A stretch of 64,000 bases of DNA from Mycobacteriales bacterium. Its GTDB lineage: Bacteria > Actinomycetota > Actinomycetes > Mycobacteriales > QHCE01. Every line of letters begins with the position of its first letter. The stretch's first letter is position 1. A program made the position numbers and the translations under genes. The notes under the pieces were generated by a model, which saw nothing but the letters and a program-made list of their open reading frames with translations, did no database searches and was not told the DNA's origin. The stretch covers positions 22,050 to 86,049 of the forward strand of contig JABFVL010000032.1 of the NCBI GenBank assembly GCA_013362805.1, in the 5' to 3' direction. Shown in pieces: positions 1 through 11,470 of this stretch.

Positions 1-600
1 GTATCTGGCTCACACGGGCTAGGCGTGCTCGAGCCGGCGCTGCGGGCGAAGGCGTTGCCGTTCGCGATCCATCCGGTGATGTCGTTTACCGGTCGAGATG
101 AAGATCTGGAGCGCTTGAACGGCATCAGCTATGGCGTCACCGCTCCTGAGCCGTTGCGCCATGTCGCGCAAGCGCTGGTGATTGAAATTGGCGGGGAGCC
201 CGTGTGGATCGCCGACGAACTCCGGCCGCTATATCACGCGGGCTTGGCGGTCGCCGCGAATCATTTGGTAACGCTGATCGCAGAGGGCGCCGATGTGTTG
301 CGGGCGGCTGGGGTGCAGCGCCCCGATGTAATGCTTGCCCCGCTGGTGGGCGCGGCTTTGGATAACGGTCTTCGCTTTGGCGATGCCGGTTTGACCGGCC
401 CGGTGGTGCGGGGTGATGCCGAGACTGTCGCCGCGCATCTGGCGGCGTTGAACTCGAAGATGCCAGATGCGGTGGCCGCCTATCAGGCGATGGCGCGTCG
501 CACCGCTGATCGGGCGTTGGGTGCTGGTCGGTTGAGTGCGACTGATGCCGAGGCGCTTCTCGAGGTGTTGGCTTCGCGCCCACACGGGGCCTCGGCATGA
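1..600 (+). CDS. Rossmann-like / DUF2520 domain oxidoreductase, 5'-truncated by the window edge
   Basis: HPVMSFTG, LYHAGLAVAANHLVTL and LTGPVVRGD motifs; usual position directly before panC (ATGA overlap). Confidence 0.85.
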   Translation, partial: VSGSHGLGVLEPALRAKALPFAIHPVMSFTGRDEDLERLNGISYGVTAPEPLRHVAQALVIEIGGEPVWIADELRPLYHAGLAVAANHLVTLIAEGADVLRAAGVQRPDVMLAPLVGAALDNGLRFGDAGLTGPVVRGDAETVAAHLAALNSKMPDAVAAYQAMARRTADRALGAGRLSATDAEALLEVLASRPHGASA

Positions 601-1433
601 GCGCGGTCCGGACGGCGCCGGTGGTGGTGCGCACGCGCGAGGAACTCGCTGAGGTTTTGTCGCGCGGGCAGGGCCCGACTGGGGTTGTGATGACGATGGG
701 CGCATTGCATGTGGGTCATGCGCAGTTGCTTCGTCAGGCCCGTTTGCGTGCGGCAACTGTGGTGGCGACGATTTTTGTGAATCCGCTGCAGTTTGGTCCT
801 GGCGAGGATTTTGAGCGTTATCCGCGTAGCTTTGACGCTGATCTTCAGGTGTGCGCACAACAGCAGGTGGATGTGGTTTTCGCACCAAGCCCGGCTGAGA
901 TGTATCCCTTTGGTGAGCCGGTGACGACGATTAACCCGGGCCCTTTGGCTGAGCTGTATGAGGGTGCCGCCCGGCCAGGGCATTTCGCGGGCGTGTTGAC
1001 CGTGGTGAACAAACTGTTGCATCTCACCGGCGCTGAAGTGGCGTTTTTTGGCGAGAAGGACTTCCAGCAGCTTACTTTGATTCGCCAGTTGGTGCGCGAT
1101 ACCGATATGCCCGTCGAGGTGGTTGGCGTGCCGACGGTGCGCGAGCCTGATGGTTTGGCGCTCTCAAGTCGCAATGTGTATCTCAGTGTGGGGCAGCGGG
1201 CTCAAGCGTTGGGTATTTCTCGGGCGTTGTTGGCGGCTCGAGATGTGGCCGATCCGGTGGTTGAAGCGCATCGTGTGTTGGCTGAGCATGGAATTACGCC
1301 CGACTATGTGGTGTTGACTGACATGGAGATGGGTAAACCACCAGTGTCTGGTGAGGGCCGTTTGTTGATCGCGGCCAAGGTGGGTACTACGCGACTTATC
1401 GACAACGCGCCTGTTTTGGTGGGGAGTAATTGA
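597..1433 (+). CDS. panC: pantoate--beta-alanine ligase
   Basis: [47 protein letters not shown]. Confidence 0.97.
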   Translation: MSAVRTAPVVVRTREELAEVLSRGQGPTGVVMTMGALHVGHAQLLRQARLRAATVVATIFVNPLQFGPGEDFERYPRSFDADLQVCAQQQVDVVFAPSPAEMYPFGEPVTTINPGPLAELYEGAARPGHFAGVLTVVNKLLHLTGAEVAFFGEKDFQQLTLIRQLVRDTDMPVEVVGVPTVREPDGLALSSRNVYLSVGQRAQALGISRALLAARDVADPVVEAHRVLAEHGITPDYVVLTDMEMGKPPVSGEGRLLIAAKVGTTRLIDNAPVLVGSN

Positions 1434-1855
1434 TGCAAAGAACAATGTTGAAGTCCAAAATTCATCGCGCGACAGTCACGCAAGCTGATTTGCATTATGT
1501 CGGATCTGTCACTATTGATGCTGATCTTGCGGAAGCTGCGGATCTTCTTGAGGGCGAACAGGTCGCAATTGTTGATGTCACCAATGGCGCCCGAATTGAA
1601 ACTTATGTCATTCATGGGGAACGTGGTTCCGGAATTATTGGCATAAATGGAGCAGCCGCACATTTGGTGCATCCGGAAGATATCGTCATTCTCATCTCAT
1701 ACGCACAAATGGATGACACCGTGGCACGCAATTTCCAGCCCACAATTGTGCATGTTGATCAGAAGAATCAAATTGTTCTCATCAACGACGACCCCGCGAG
1801 CGCTGACGGCCTGACCGACGTTCAGAAAAGCGGAAGATTTCCCGACCTCGCTTAA
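1433..1855 (+). CDS. panD: aspartate 1-decarboxylase
   Basis: [22 protein letters not shown] with the G-S autocleavage site; NGAAAHL. Confidence 0.97.
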   Translation: MQRTMLKSKIHRATVTQADLHYVGSVTIDADLAEAADLLEGEQVAIVDVTNGARIETYVIHGERGSGIIGINGAAAHLVHPEDIVILISYAQMDDTVARNFQPTIVHVDQKNQIVLINDDPASADGLTDVQKSGRFPDLA

Positions 1856-1982
1856 CCTAAACGGCATATCCGCCTGAAGTAGCTTTTCCAGTACAGAAAA
1901 AATGCACACCCGACAACGCCAGGCTGTGAGGCGCGACACGCACAGCTATCAATGTCAGATTCGCGCCGTAGGCTGGCTTCTC

Positions 1983-3656
1983 GTGCCCGATATTCACCTC
2001 CCCTTGCAGCTTGCAGCCCCCAAGCCAGGCTGGACCACGACCACCGATGTCGTGGTGGTGGGATCCGGCGTTGCCGGATTGAACGTCGCCCTAGGCGCAC
2101 GCGCCGCTGGCCACAAAGTCACCCTGGTGACGAAAGTAAACATCGACGATGGCTCCACTCGATGGGCGCAAGGCGGCATCGCCGCCGTCCTGGATCCCCA
2201 TGACACCCCAGCTGCGCACGCCCAAGACACCGAAGTCGCCGGTGTTGGACTATGCGACCCGATTGCGGTCAAAGTACTGACCGAAGAAGGCCCAGCTCGA
2301 CTTCACGAATTGATCGCCCGAGGCGCCGAATTCGATCGCGACCCGCAAGGCCAGCTGCTATTGACCCGCGAAGGCGGGCATCACGCCAACCGCATCGTTC
2401 ACGCCGGTGGCGACGCCACCGGGGCCGAAGTGCAACGCGCGCTACACGAAGCCATCAACAGCGACGATGGCATCACCCTCATCGAACACGCCCTAGTGCT
2501 CGACCTTCTAAAAGACAAACATGGCCGAGCCGCTGGGGTGACGCTGCATGTGCTCGGCGAGGGCAGCTCCGATGGAGTCGGCGCCGTCCTCGCTCGCGCG
2601 GTTGTGCTCGCGACAGGTGGCATGGGTCAGATCTTTCACACCACCACCAACCCGACCGTGTCCACCGGTGATGGGGTAGCGCTCGCGCTGCGGGCGGGCG
2701 CGGCGGTGGCTGATCTGGAATTCATGCAGTTCCATCCAACCGCCCTATTTCTCTCCGGAGACCGTGCTGGGCGGCAACCGCTGGTCAGCGAGGCTCTCCG
2801 CGGCGAAGGCGCACATCTCGTCGACGCCAATGGCACTCGGTTCATGCTCGGCGCACATGAACTCGCCGAACTCGCCCCGCGAGACGTGGTAGCCAAAGGC
2901 ATCACTCGGGTTATGCGTGAGCAGGGCCTCGACCACGTCTTTCTGGACGCGCGTCCACTGGCACACCGCTTGGAAGCCCGGTTCCCGACGATCGTGGCAA
3001 GTTGCCGAGCGGCTGGCATAGATCCGCTTACTGAACTCATCCCAGTAGCACCAGCCGCGCATTACGCGTCCGGGGGCGTGCGCACAGATTTGTACGGTCA
3101 AACTTCAATTCCAGGATTGTTCGCCTGCGGGGAAGTGGCCTGCACAGGCGTGCACGGCGCTAATCGGCTGGCATCAAACTCCCTGCTAGAAGGCCTTGTC
3201 TTCGCCGGTCGGATTACCGAGGCGTTGTCTAAGAACCTGCCTGCGCACGCCGAACCGGTCAGCACAAGTGTGCCCACTGGGCTAATCTCAGCTTCCGTTC
3301 GGCCAGCTTTGACTCAAGCGATGACGCTTGGCGCCGGCGTACTGCGCAACGCGTCGAGTTTGGGTGATGCGGCGGAAACTTTGGCGAAATTGAGCGCCAC
3401 ACAGGCGGGAGAACCAGGTCCTGATGAATGGGAAACAACGAACCTGCTCACCGTCGCGGCCGCGCTAACCCAAGCGGCGACCGTGCGCCAGGAAACGCGC
3501 GGTTGTCATTGGCGGGATGATTTCGCTGATGCTGAACCGGCTTGGCACAGACATGTGATCCAGCACCTAACCGAGGCAGGTGTACTGAGCGTGACGTTTG
3601 AGCCAGTCCACACTGAGCCAAAACACCAGCTTGACCCTTCGAACAACGGATTATGA
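1983..3656 (+). CDS. nadB: L-aspartate oxidase
   Basis: GSGVAG FAD motif, STRWAQGGIAA, QFHPT, GVHGANRLASNSLLEG; start placed at GTG 1983 rather than the ORF-track 1902. Confidence 0.95.
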   Translation: MPDIHLPLQLAAPKPGWTTTTDVVVVGSGVAGLNVALGARAAGHKVTLVTKVNIDDGSTRWAQGGIAAVLDPHDTPAAHAQDTEVAGVGLCDPIAVKVLTEEGPARLHELIARGAEFDRDPQGQLLLTREGGHHANRIVHAGGDATGAEVQRALHEAINSDDGITLIEHALVLDLLKDKHGRAAGVTLHVLGEGSSDGVGAVLARAVVLATGGMGQIFHTTTNPTVSTGDGVALALRAGAAVADLEFMQFHPTALFLSGDRAGRQPLVSEALRGEGAHLVDANGTRFMLGAHELAELAPRDVVAKGITRVMREQGLDHVFLDARPLAHRLEARFPTIVASCRAAGIDPLTELIPVAPAAHYASGGVRTDLYGQTSIPGLFACGEVACTGVHGANRLASNSLLEGLVFAGRITEALSKNLPAHAEPVSTSVPTGLISASVRPALTQAMTLGAGVLRNASSLGDAAETLAKLSATQAGEPGPDEWETTNLLTVAAALTQAATVRQETRGCHWRDDFADAEPAWHRHVIQHLTEAGVLSVTFEPVHTEPKHQLDPSNNGL

Positions 3657-4564
3657 TGATGACTTTGAGTGAACCCACTGCGCAGGCGCTTGCCGAGATT
3701 GGCATCGACCCGCAGTACGTCGATGAACTCGCCCAACGGGCCCTTGCTGAAGACCTCGGCGGGCCAAGAGGCGTCGACGTCACCACGGTCGCAACATTCG
3801 ACGCTGAACAGATGGTGACGGCCGAGGTAGTTGCCCGGGCCGCCGGCATCATTGTCGGTTTGCCCATTGCCGCTGCGGTGTTTGATGTGGCCTCCGGCGG
3901 TCGGTGCAGCTTCACCGCACACGTCGCCGAAGCCTCCGCGGTGCTGCGCGGCGATGTCCTCGCGACGATTGTGGGCCCAGCCCGCGCGGTTTTGACCGCC
4001 GAGCGCACCGCGTTGAACCTGTTGTGCCGCACCTCGGGTGTCGCCACTCACGCGTTCTTGTGGGCGCAAGAGCTCGTCGGCACGGGCGCTACCGTGCTGG
4101 ACACCCGTAAAACCACGCCTGGGCTGCGCCGGTTGGAGAAATATGCCGTGCGCGCCGGTGGCGGTGGCAACAAGCGCATGGGCTTGTACGACGTGGCAAT
4201 GATCAAGGACAACCACAAGCGGGCCGCGGGCTCGATCACCGCGGCGTATAAAAAGATCCAAGACGCTTTCCCCGACATCATTACCCAGGTCGAGGTGACA
4301 AACGTTGATGAGGCGCTAGAAGCCGTGAAGGCTGGCGCAACGTTCTTGCTGTGCGACAACATGACAACTGATCAGCTCACCGAAGTTGTCGCGGCTGTAC
4401 GCGAGGCAGAAGACAAGGCACATCCCGTTGAGCTTGAAGCGACGGGAAACCTAACGTTGGAGCGGGCGAAAGAAGTCGCGGCAACAGGTGTGAACTACCT
4501 TTCAGTTGGTGGCCTTACCCATTCCTCACCAATCGTCGATATAGCGTTGGACATCAGGGACTAA
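3653..4564 (+). CDS. nadC: nicotinate-nucleotide diphosphorylase (carboxylating)
   Basis: ERTALN, DTRKTTPGLR.LEKYAV, MIKDNH, SVGGLTHS. Confidence 0.96.
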   Translation: MMMTLSEPTAQALAEIGIDPQYVDELAQRALAEDLGGPRGVDVTTVATFDAEQMVTAEVVARAAGIIVGLPIAAAVFDVASGGRCSFTAHVAEASAVLRGDVLATIVGPARAVLTAERTALNLLCRTSGVATHAFLWAQELVGTGATVLDTRKTTPGLRRLEKYAVRAGGGGNKRMGLYDVAMIKDNHKRAAGSITAAYKKIQDAFPDIITQVEVTNVDEALEAVKAGATFLLCDNMTTDQLTEVVAAVREAEDKAHPVELEATGNLTLERAKEVAATGVNYLSVGGLTHSSPIVDIALDIRD

Positions 4565-4582
4565 CACTGAAAGAGGCCTTTC

Positions 4583-5344
4583 ATGCTCGTTTGTATCGAC
4601 GTCGGTAATACAAACACGGTGTTGGCCGCGTTCGAAGGTGAAAAAATCGAGCACTCTTGGCGGGTGCGCACCGATGCTCGGATGACCGCTGATGAGCTTG
4701 CCCTGCTGTACCGCGGTTTGCTTGCCGATGTCAGTGTGTCGGTGACGGGCCTGGCAATTTGTTCGACGGTGCCTGCTGTGTTGCGTGAATTGCGCACCAT
4801 GCTGGGTCGCTACTTCGCGCAGGTTCCGACCGTGATCGTCGAGCCTGGCATCAAAACTGGTGTGCAGCTCGCGATTGACAACCCCAAAGAGGTCGGCACT
4901 GACCGAGTGATGAACACCTTGGCCACCCACCACTTGTTTGGGGGTCCGGCCATCGTCGTAGATTTTGGTACCTCCACAAATTTCGACGTGGTGGGGCCAG
5001 CGGGCGAGTTCATGGGCGGAGCCTTGGCGCCGGGCATTGAAATTTCAGTGGATGCATTGGCGGCCAGGGCTGCTCAGCTGCGTAAAGTCGAGCTAGTGAA
5101 GCCTCGTTCGGTGATTGGCAAAAACACCGTGGAGTCGCTACAAGCGGGCATCATCTACGGGTTCGCCGGCCAGGTCGATGGCATTGTGCGAGAAATTGGC
5201 GCCACATTGGGGGTGGCGCCTAAAGCGGTGGTGGCCACTGGCGGGCTGGCGCCTTTGGTGATAGAAAATTGCGCGTCAATCACCAATCATGAACCGAACC
5301 TGACGTTGATCGGGCTCAGGCTGGTGTTTGAGAAAAACAGTTAG
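4583..5344 (+). CDS. coaX: type III pantothenate kinase
   Basis: IDVGNTNT, VGTDR, VDFGTST, GGALAPG, ATGGLA. Confidence 0.95.
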   Translation: MLVCIDVGNTNTVLAAFEGEKIEHSWRVRTDARMTADELALLYRGLLADVSVSVTGLAICSTVPAVLRELRTMLGRYFAQVPTVIVEPGIKTGVQLAIDNPKEVGTDRVMNTLATHHLFGGPAIVVDFGTSTNFDVVGPAGEFMGGALAPGIEISVDALAARAAQLRKVELVKPRSVIGKNTVESLQAGIIYGFAGQVDGIVREIGATLGVAPKAVVATGGLAPLVIENCASITNHEPNLTLIGLRLVFEKNS

Positions 5345-5479
5345 CTCACTTTCTTAGTGACCTGGCATCTCGACAGCACCCCCGGCGCACGACACTGCGG
5401 GCACGCACAGCCGGGGTTGTACGTGGTCAAGAACCGGGTCCCGGATCAGCTGCGATTGTTCCGTCGCTAACCTATGCAG

Positions 5480-6985
5480 GTGACAGCGCGTGAGAACACC
5501 CCAGCAGAGCAAGACGATATCCCCGAACAAATGCAGATTCGGCGGGCAAAGCGGGTGCAACTTTTGGAAGACGGCGTTGACGCTTACCCCGTCACCGTTC
5601 AGCGCACCGCGACGCTGAAGGAGATTCGCGAGAAGTACGCCGAGCTGGCCACTGACACCGCTACCGGCGACTCCGCCTCTATTACGGGTCGAATCATTTT
5701 CCAGCGCAACACCGGCAAGCTCTGCTTTGCCACTTTGCAAGAAGGCGACGGCACCCAGCTGCAGGTCATGCTGAGCCTGGCAAAAGTGGGTGAAGAATCG
5801 CTCAACAAATGGAAATCGCTGGTCGATATCGGTGATCACGTTGCGATCACAGGCGAAATCATCACCTCAAAACGAGGTGAATTGAGTGTGCTCGCCGATT
5901 CGTGGCAGATGGCTGCCAAAACACTTCGCCCATTGCCTGTCGCGCATAAACCAATGACAGAAGAATCACGTGTCCGTCAGCGCTATGTCGATTTGATTGT
6001 TCGTGAACAAGCTAGAGATACAGTCCGCATGCGCTCGGCGGTGCTGCGTTCATTGCGTGATTCATATCATCGTCGAGAATTTATTGAAGTAGAAACGCCG
6101 ATGCTCCAAGTGCTGCACGGCGGTGCGGCGGCGCGGCCTTTTGTCACGCACATTAATGCTTATGACATGGAGCTTTACCTGCGTATAGCCCCTGAGTTGT
6201 ATCTCAAGCGCGCACTCGTGGGCGGCATCGAAAAAGTATTCGAGATCAATCGCAATTTCCGTAACGAGGGCGCTGACTCCTCACACAGCCCGGAGTTCGC
6301 GATGCTCGAGTCTTACCAGGCCTATGGCGACTATGACACCGCAGCGACACTGACCCGCGAGCTGATTCAGGAGGCAGCACAATCGGTCCATGGCTCGCAG
6401 GTGGTAACACACGCGGACGGCTCAGAACACGACCTTTCCGGTGAGTGGGCCCAGATCACTTTGTATGGTGCCGTTTCTGAGGCTCTGGGCGAGGAAATCA
6501 CGGTTGATACCCCGCGTGAGCAGCTCGTGCGTTTCGCTGAAAAGCATGACATTTCAGTTGATTCGCTCGCCGGTCCTGGCAAGCTCGTTGAGGAACTTTT
6601 CGAAGAGTTGGTTGTTCCTAAACTCGACGCGCCCACCTTCGTGCGCGACTATCCAGAAGAGACCTCGCCGCTGACGCGTGGGCATCGTGACAAGCCGGGT
6701 GTCACCGAGAAGTGGGACCTGTACATCGACGGGTTCGAGCTCGCAACAGGATATTCCGAATTGGTCGACCCGGTGATCCAGCGCGAGAGACTAGTAGCCC
6801 AAGCACAGCTTGGGGCGAAAGGCGACCCAGAAGCCATGCGCTTGGATGAGGACTTTCTCCGTGCAATGGAGTTTGGTATGCCGCCAGCTGCCGGAATGGG
6901 AATGGGTATAGACCGATTGTTGATGGCATTGACTGGCTTGGGTATCCGAGAGACCATTCTCTTCCCGCTGGTGAAGCCAGAATAG
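5480..6985 (+). CDS. lysS: lysine--tRNA ligase (class II)
   Basis: [31 protein letters not shown]; TAACCT 6 nt upstream of GTG 5480 suggests a leaderless start. Confidence 0.97.
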   Translation: MTARENTPAEQDDIPEQMQIRRAKRVQLLEDGVDAYPVTVQRTATLKEIREKYAELATDTATGDSASITGRIIFQRNTGKLCFATLQEGDGTQLQVMLSLAKVGEESLNKWKSLVDIGDHVAITGEIITSKRGELSVLADSWQMAAKTLRPLPVAHKPMTEESRVRQRYVDLIVREQARDTVRMRSAVLRSLRDSYHRREFIEVETPMLQVLHGGAAARPFVTHINAYDMELYLRIAPELYLKRALVGGIEKVFEINRNFRNEGADSSHSPEFAMLESYQAYGDYDTAATLTRELIQEAAQSVHGSQVVTHADGSEHDLSGEWAQITLYGAVSEALGEEITVDTPREQLVRFAEKHDISVDSLAGPGKLVEELFEELVVPKLDAPTFVRDYPEETSPLTRGHRDKPGVTEKWDLYIDGFELATGYSELVDPVIQRERLVAQAQLGAKGDPEAMRLDEDFLRAMEFGMPPAAGMGMGIDRLLMALTGLGIRETILFPLVKPE

Positions 6986-7130
6986 TGAACTAATTTTCTA
7001 GATGATTTGAAACGCGTAGCGTAAACGTGATTTCATTACTACACACCCCAATTTATTCATGTGTGGATTCCAGGGGTTTCCGCACACCTCACGCAATAGT
7101 TATGGCGTAAATCTATTTGGAGGAAAAACC

Positions 7131-7472
7131 GTGGCTAGAGTCGAGCAGATCATCCTTGTTGATGATCTCGACGGTGGTGCCGCTGACGAGACAGTGTCGT
7201 TCGGAATTGACGGTCGCTCTTTTGAGATTGATCTCTCGGCCAAGAACGCTCAAAAACTTCGTGATGCGCTCGCCCCCTACATCAAAGTGGCCCACAAAGC
7301 TGCCAAGACCCGTGCACCTCGCGGCACCAACCGGGCTCGCACCAGCGCTCCGGTCGACCGGGAACAAAACCAAGCCATCCGTGCCTGGGCCAAGAAAAAG
7401 GGCTACCAGGTCAGTGGCCGCGGTCGCATCCCAGCCGAAGTAGTAGAGAAGTTCCACGCCGCTAACAAATAG
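7131..7472 (+). CDS. lsr2: nucleoid-associated protein Lsr2
   Basis: LVDDLDG..ADETVSFGIDG..EIDLS, IRAWA, RGRIP; GGAGG RBS before GTG 7131. Confidence 0.96.
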   Translation: MARVEQIILVDDLDGGAADETVSFGIDGRSFEIDLSAKNAQKLRDALAPYIKVAHKAAKTRAPRGTNRARTSAPVDREQNQAIRAWAKKKGYQVSGRGRIPAEVVEKFHAANK

Positions 7473-7486
7473 GCGAGCCGAGCGCA

Positions 7487-7522
7487 GGGGGCGGTGTTCA
7501 CGGCAGGTGAACTCCCGCCCTC
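7487..7522 (+). terminator. GC-rich hairpin after lsr2
   Basis: GGGGCGG-tGTTCAC...GTGAAC-t-CCCGCCCTC imperfect inverted repeat. Confidence 0.55.
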
Positions 7523-7562
7523 GCGTCGTATAGGCATCAATCTTGTCTCTGCCTGCGAACCG

Positions 7563-7588
7563 GGAACAATGTTTGCCCCTGTTCGGTT
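7563..7588 (+). promoter_or_regulatory. putative SigH/SigR-type ECF promoter upstream of clpC
   Basis: GGAAC-N18-GTT matches the actinobacterial stress-sigma consensus. Confidence 0.5.
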
Positions 7589-7775
7589 AGTCAATAGGTA
7601 AGTGCTGCATAAGAGCCGTTATGGTGGGGCTGATGGTGCAGGCGTGTTGAAAAAGTCCGAAATATGGACGCCTCGACCGCGCCGCGCAACAGCGTGACAC
7701 CCCGACTACAGTGGCTTGCAGCGAGGTGGCGCGGGTTGCCTGCGTCACTCAACAACCGACAGGGAGTTGTAGGGG

Positions 7776-10313
7776 ATGTTCGAAAGGTTCACCGACCGCG
7801 CGCGTCGGGTTGTGGTGCTGGCCCAAGAAGAGGCCCGGATGCTGAACCACAACTACATCGGTACCGAGCACATCCTGCTTGGTCTCATCCACGAGGGCGA
7901 GGGTGTCGCTGCTAAAGCGCTGGAATCCCTCGGCATCTCGCTGGAAGGCGTCCGCCAGCAAGTAGAGGAAATCATCGGCCAGGGCCAGCAGGCCCCAGCT
8001 GGGCACATTCCTTTTACTCCTCGTGCCAAAAAAGTGCTTGAGCTGAGCCTGCGTGAGGCGCTCCAGCTTGGCCACAACTACATCGGTACCGAGCACATCC
8101 TGCTTGGCCTTATCCGCGAAGGCGAAGGCGTCGCGGCTCAGGTCCTGGTAAAGCTTGGCGCCGACCTCAATCGTGTCCGCCAGCAGGTCATTCAGCTGCT
8201 CTCGGGCTACCAAGGCAAAGAACCAGCCACGGCTGGTGCCTCCTCCAGCGAATCCACGCCATCCACCTCGCTCGTGCTGGACCAGTTTGGTCGCAACCTG
8301 ACCCAAGCGGCCCGCGAATCTAAGCTCGACCCGGTCATCGGGCGCGAGAAAGAAATCGAACGCCTGATGCAGGTGTTGAGCCGCCGCACAAAGAACAACC
8401 CAGTGCTCATCGGTGAGCCTGGGGTCGGTAAGACTGCTGTTGTTGAAGGTCTCGCCCAAGCCATTGTTAAGGGCGAAGTTCCGGAAACGCTGAAAGACAA
8501 GCACCTCTACACCCTCGACTTGGGTGCTTTGGTGGCTGGCTCTCGTTACCGCGGTGACTTTGAGGAACGTCTGAAGAAGGTCCTTAAAGAAATCCGCACA
8601 CGTGGCGACATCATTCTGTTCATCGACGAAATCCACACCCTGGTTGGTGCGGGTGCCGCCGAAGGCGCGATCGACGCCGCTAGCATTCTGAAACCAATGT
8701 TGGCCCGTGGTGAACTCCAGACAATCGGTGCCACCACGCTCGACGAATACCGTAAATATGTCGAGAAAGATGCTGCTCTGGAACGCCGCTTCCAGCCCAT
8801 TCAGGTAGGCGAGCCCACGCTGGCCCACACCATCGAGATCCTCAAGGGTCTTCGGGACCGCTACGAAGCTCACCACCGCGTATCCATCACCGATGGTGCG
8901 TTGGTCGCGGCCGCGACGTTGGCTGACCGCTACATCTCGGACCGCTTCCTGCCTGACAAGGCCATCGACCTCATCGACGAGGCTGGTGCCCGGATGCGCA
9001 TCCGCCGGATGACCGCCCCGCCAGATCTCCGCGAATTCGACGAGAAGATCGCCGGAGTGCGTCGGGAAAAAGAATCAGCGATCGACGCTCAGGACTTCGA
9101 GAAAGCGGCTTCGCTCCGCGATTCAGAGAAGCGCCTGATGGATGAGCGCGAAAACCGTGAGAAAGAATGGAAGGCCGGCGACCTGGACGTTGTCAGCGAA
9201 ATTGGCGATGAGGAAATCGCCGAAGTGCTGGCCAACTGGACAGGCATCCCAGTCTTCAAGCTGACCGAGGAAGAAACTTCGCGTCTGCTGCGCATGGAAG
9301 ACGAGCTGCACAAGCGGGTTGTCGGGCAAGAAGAGGCCATCAAGGCCGTCAGCCAAGCAATTCGCCGCACCCGGGCCGGGCTGAAAGACCCGAAGCGCCC
9401 CGGTGGTTCGTTCATCTTCGCCGGTCCGTCCGGTGTGGGTAAAACCGAGCTGTCCAAGGCGCTGGCCGAATTCCTGTTCGGTGACGAAGAAGCCCTCATC
9501 CAGCTGGACATGTCCGAGTTCCACGACCGCTACACGGTGTCCCGGCTGGTGGGTGCCCCTCCCGGCTATGTCGGGTACGACGAGGGTGGCCAGCTCACCG
9601 AGAAGGTGCGCCGCAAGCCATTCAGCGTCGTGCTGTTCGACGAGGTCGAAAAGGCCCACCCGGATGTCTTCAACACCTTGTTGCAGATCCTGGAAGATGG
9701 TCGGCTCACCGACGGTCAGGGACGCATCGTTGACTTCAAGAACACGGTCATCATTCTGACCTCGAACTTGGGTACTCGCGATGTCGCCAAGGCCGTCAGC
9801 CTCGGTTTCCAGTCGGGCAATGACACCGAAAGCAACTACGAGCGGATGAAGCTCAAGGTCAACGATGAGCTCAAGCAACACTTCCGCCCCGAGTTCTTGA
9901 ACCGTATTGACGACACCATCGTGTTCCACCAGCTGTCCGAGGCTGAGATCTTGGAGATCGTGGACCTGATGATTGGTCGGGTAGATGCCCAGCTCAAGAA
10001 CAAAGACATGGGCATTGAGCTCACCGACACGGCCAAGAAGCTGTTGGCCCGTCGCGGCTACGACGCCGTGCTGGGTGCTCGGCCACTGCGCCGCACAATT
10101 CAGCGCGAGATCGAAGACGCGGTCAGTGAGAAGATTCTGTTCAACGAGCTCACCGCTGGCCAGATCATCGTGGTCGACGCTGAGGAAGTTGACGAGAAAG
10201 ACGAGTCGAAGGGCAAGTTCACCTTCCGAGGTGAAGCCAAGCCCACTCCGATCCCAGACGCGCCACCAGTTTCGGTCTCCGGCACTGGTTCTGTGCAGGG
10301 TGAAGACGAATAG
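7776..10313 (+). CDS. clpC: ATP-dependent Clp protease ATP-binding subunit ClpC1
   Basis: [21 protein letters not shown]; two Walker A motifs ([16 protein letters not shown]). Confidence 0.98.
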   Translation: MFERFTDRARRVVVLAQEEARMLNHNYIGTEHILLGLIHEGEGVAAKALESLGISLEGVRQQVEEIIGQGQQAPAGHIPFTPRAKKVLELSLREALQLGHNYIGTEHILLGLIREGEGVAAQVLVKLGADLNRVRQQVIQLLSGYQGKEPATAGASSSESTPSTSLVLDQFGRNLTQAARESKLDPVIGREKEIERLMQVLSRRTKNNPVLIGEPGVGKTAVVEGLAQAIVKGEVPETLKDKHLYTLDLGALVAGSRYRGDFEERLKKVLKEIRTRGDIILFIDEIHTLVGAGAAEGAIDAASILKPMLARGELQTIGATTLDEYRKYVEKDAALERRFQPIQVGEPTLAHTIEILKGLRDRYEAHHRVSITDGALVAAATLADRYISDRFLPDKAIDLIDEAGARMRIRRMTAPPDLREFDEKIAGVRREKESAIDAQDFEKAASLRDSEKRLMDERENREKEWKAGDLDVVSEIGDEEIAEVLANWTGIPVFKLTEEETSRLLRMEDELHKRVVGQEEAIKAVSQAIRRTRAGLKDPKRPGGSFIFAGPSGVGKTELSKALAEFLFGDEEALIQLDMSEFHDRYTVSRLVGAPPGYVGYDEGGQLTEKVRRKPFSVVLFDEVEKAHPDVFNTLLQILEDGRLTDGQGRIVDFKNTVIILTSNLGTRDVAKAVSLGFQSGNDTESNYERMKLKVNDELKQHFRPEFLNRIDDTIVFHQLSEAEILEIVDLMIGRVDAQLKNKDMGIELTDTAKKLLARRGYDAVLGARPLRRTIQREIEDAVSEKILFNELTAGQIIVVDAEEVDEKDESKGKFTFRGEAKPTPIPDAPPVSVSGTGSVQGEDE

Positions 10314-10322
10314 CTAGTCAAT

Positions 10323-10356
10323 AATGAGGGCCGGTCGCTGGTGACCGGCCCTCATT
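10323..10356. terminator. bidirectional intrinsic terminator
   Basis: AATGAGGGCCGGTC-N6-GACCGGCCCTCATT perfect 14-bp stem between convergent genes. Confidence 0.85.
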
Positions 10357-10367
10357 GTGTACCCGGG

Positions 10368-11405
10368 TTAGGAACGTTTAGGGCCGCCACTGGGTTTGTG
10401 GTAGGCATTCGTCGCTGCGTTGCTGGACAGCGAGCGGGCCAGACTCCGCCGATCGATTCCTTGTTTCGCGGCCCGTTGTGCCAGGGGGGTGCGAGTGGTG
10501 AAGTCGACCTCTGCCGACACTCTGAGAGCCCGTTGGACGCGTTGTTCCACGCGCTGCTTGGAGATGCCGAGGTCTCGGGCGATCGCTGGGAACGTGCGCT
10601 CGTGCCCTACCCGTTCGATGACCGCGTGACGGTCTTGCTCGTCAAGGTGCGGACTGATGCGCGCCCAGAGCAGCTGTGCGTTGATGCGACTTGTCCATCG
10701 CTCGACAGGATCCGGCAGTTCCAGCGGGAGTGGCTTTTCGTCGGATGCGGTGTCAAATATCGTGTCCAAGGATGCCATTGTTCGTGTTGACATCGCGGCA
10801 AGTGCGTCTTCGGCTCGTGATTTCGAAATTCCAAGGATTGCGGATATGTTCGCTGGATTGAGCTGATTACGGGCCTCGGGCTCTTCCCATTCAGGTAGTG
10901 CCTTGTGAATCTCGTGCACATCTGTTTTAGTTTGTGCGCTGGCCGACGCGTCCCACGTGGTCTGTAGGTATTCCTTGATTTCGTGTTCAATACGTGGGCG
11001 AGCGAAGCTTCGGAATTCTAAGAGGCGTCGGGGTGCTTTCCCATTGCCTCTTTTCGCCTCTTCTGACTTGTGCACAAATTCTGCTAAGTGTTGCAAGTAT
11101 GCGGGTATTGCAATTGCTAGGCCGATGTCGACACTTTGCTCAAGATCGTCGCGCTCAATCTTTCCGCCGATGTCATGGTGGTCAATTATTGGGGCGCCCA
11201 GTGCCCTATTCAGTCGAATTATTTCTTCGACTATGTTTTCCCGGGCTCGATCCTGTCCCGCGCGCAATTCGAGTAATTCTTCGAATAAGACGCTGGTGCG
11301 CCTCTCAGTGTGAGACTGTGGGCGCTTTCGGCGTTTAGATGCCGCGCGTGGGGCGTCAGGCGGGGTATTTTGCATGGTCAAGCCTCCGTCGTTCGCTAAT
11401 AGCAT
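10368..11405 (-). CDS. divergent SigB/SigF-like sigma-70 family factor
   Basis: Region 2 DDLEQSVDIGLAIAI and EFRSFARPRIEHEIKEYL; region 3 ISAILGIS..ASLD; region 4 TFPAIARDLGISKQRVEQ; start could instead be ATG 11375. Confidence 0.75.
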   Translation of the reverse strand: MLLANDGGLTMQNTPPDAPRAASKRRKRPQSHTERRTSVLFEELLELRAGQDRARENIVEEIIRLNRALGAPIIDHHDIGGKIERDDLEQSVDIGLAIAIPAYLQHLAEFVHKSEEAKRGNGKAPRRLLEFRSFARPRIEHEIKEYLQTTWDASASAQTKTDVHEIHKALPEWEEPEARNQLNPANISAILGISKSRAEDALAAMSTRTMASLDTIFDTASDEKPLPLELPDPVERWTSRINAQLLWARISPHLDEQDRHAVIERVGHERTFPAIARDLGISKQRVEQRVQRALRVSAEVDFTTRTPLAQRAAKQGIDRRSLARSLSSNAATNAYHKPSGGPKRS

Positions 11406-11470
11406 AACAACGAAGGTTGTCCTAGTCTGTGATCTAAACCTGCCGAAAGTGAATTTTCCTGGATGGTTTG

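Noticed and set aside
1983-4564. nadB-nadC without nadA
   Set aside because: A common arrangement in actinobacterial pan/nad/coaX clusters; nadA is usually elsewhere.
7546-7560. ClgR-like half site (GCGAAC) upstream of clpC
   Set aside because: Only a partial match to CGC-N5-GCGAAC; too weak to call.
7749-9929. Long antisense ORFs over clpC; similar ones over groEL (33712-34410) and the aldehyde dehydrogenase
   Set aside because: Typical shadow ORFs caused by GC-biased codon usage of conserved genes.
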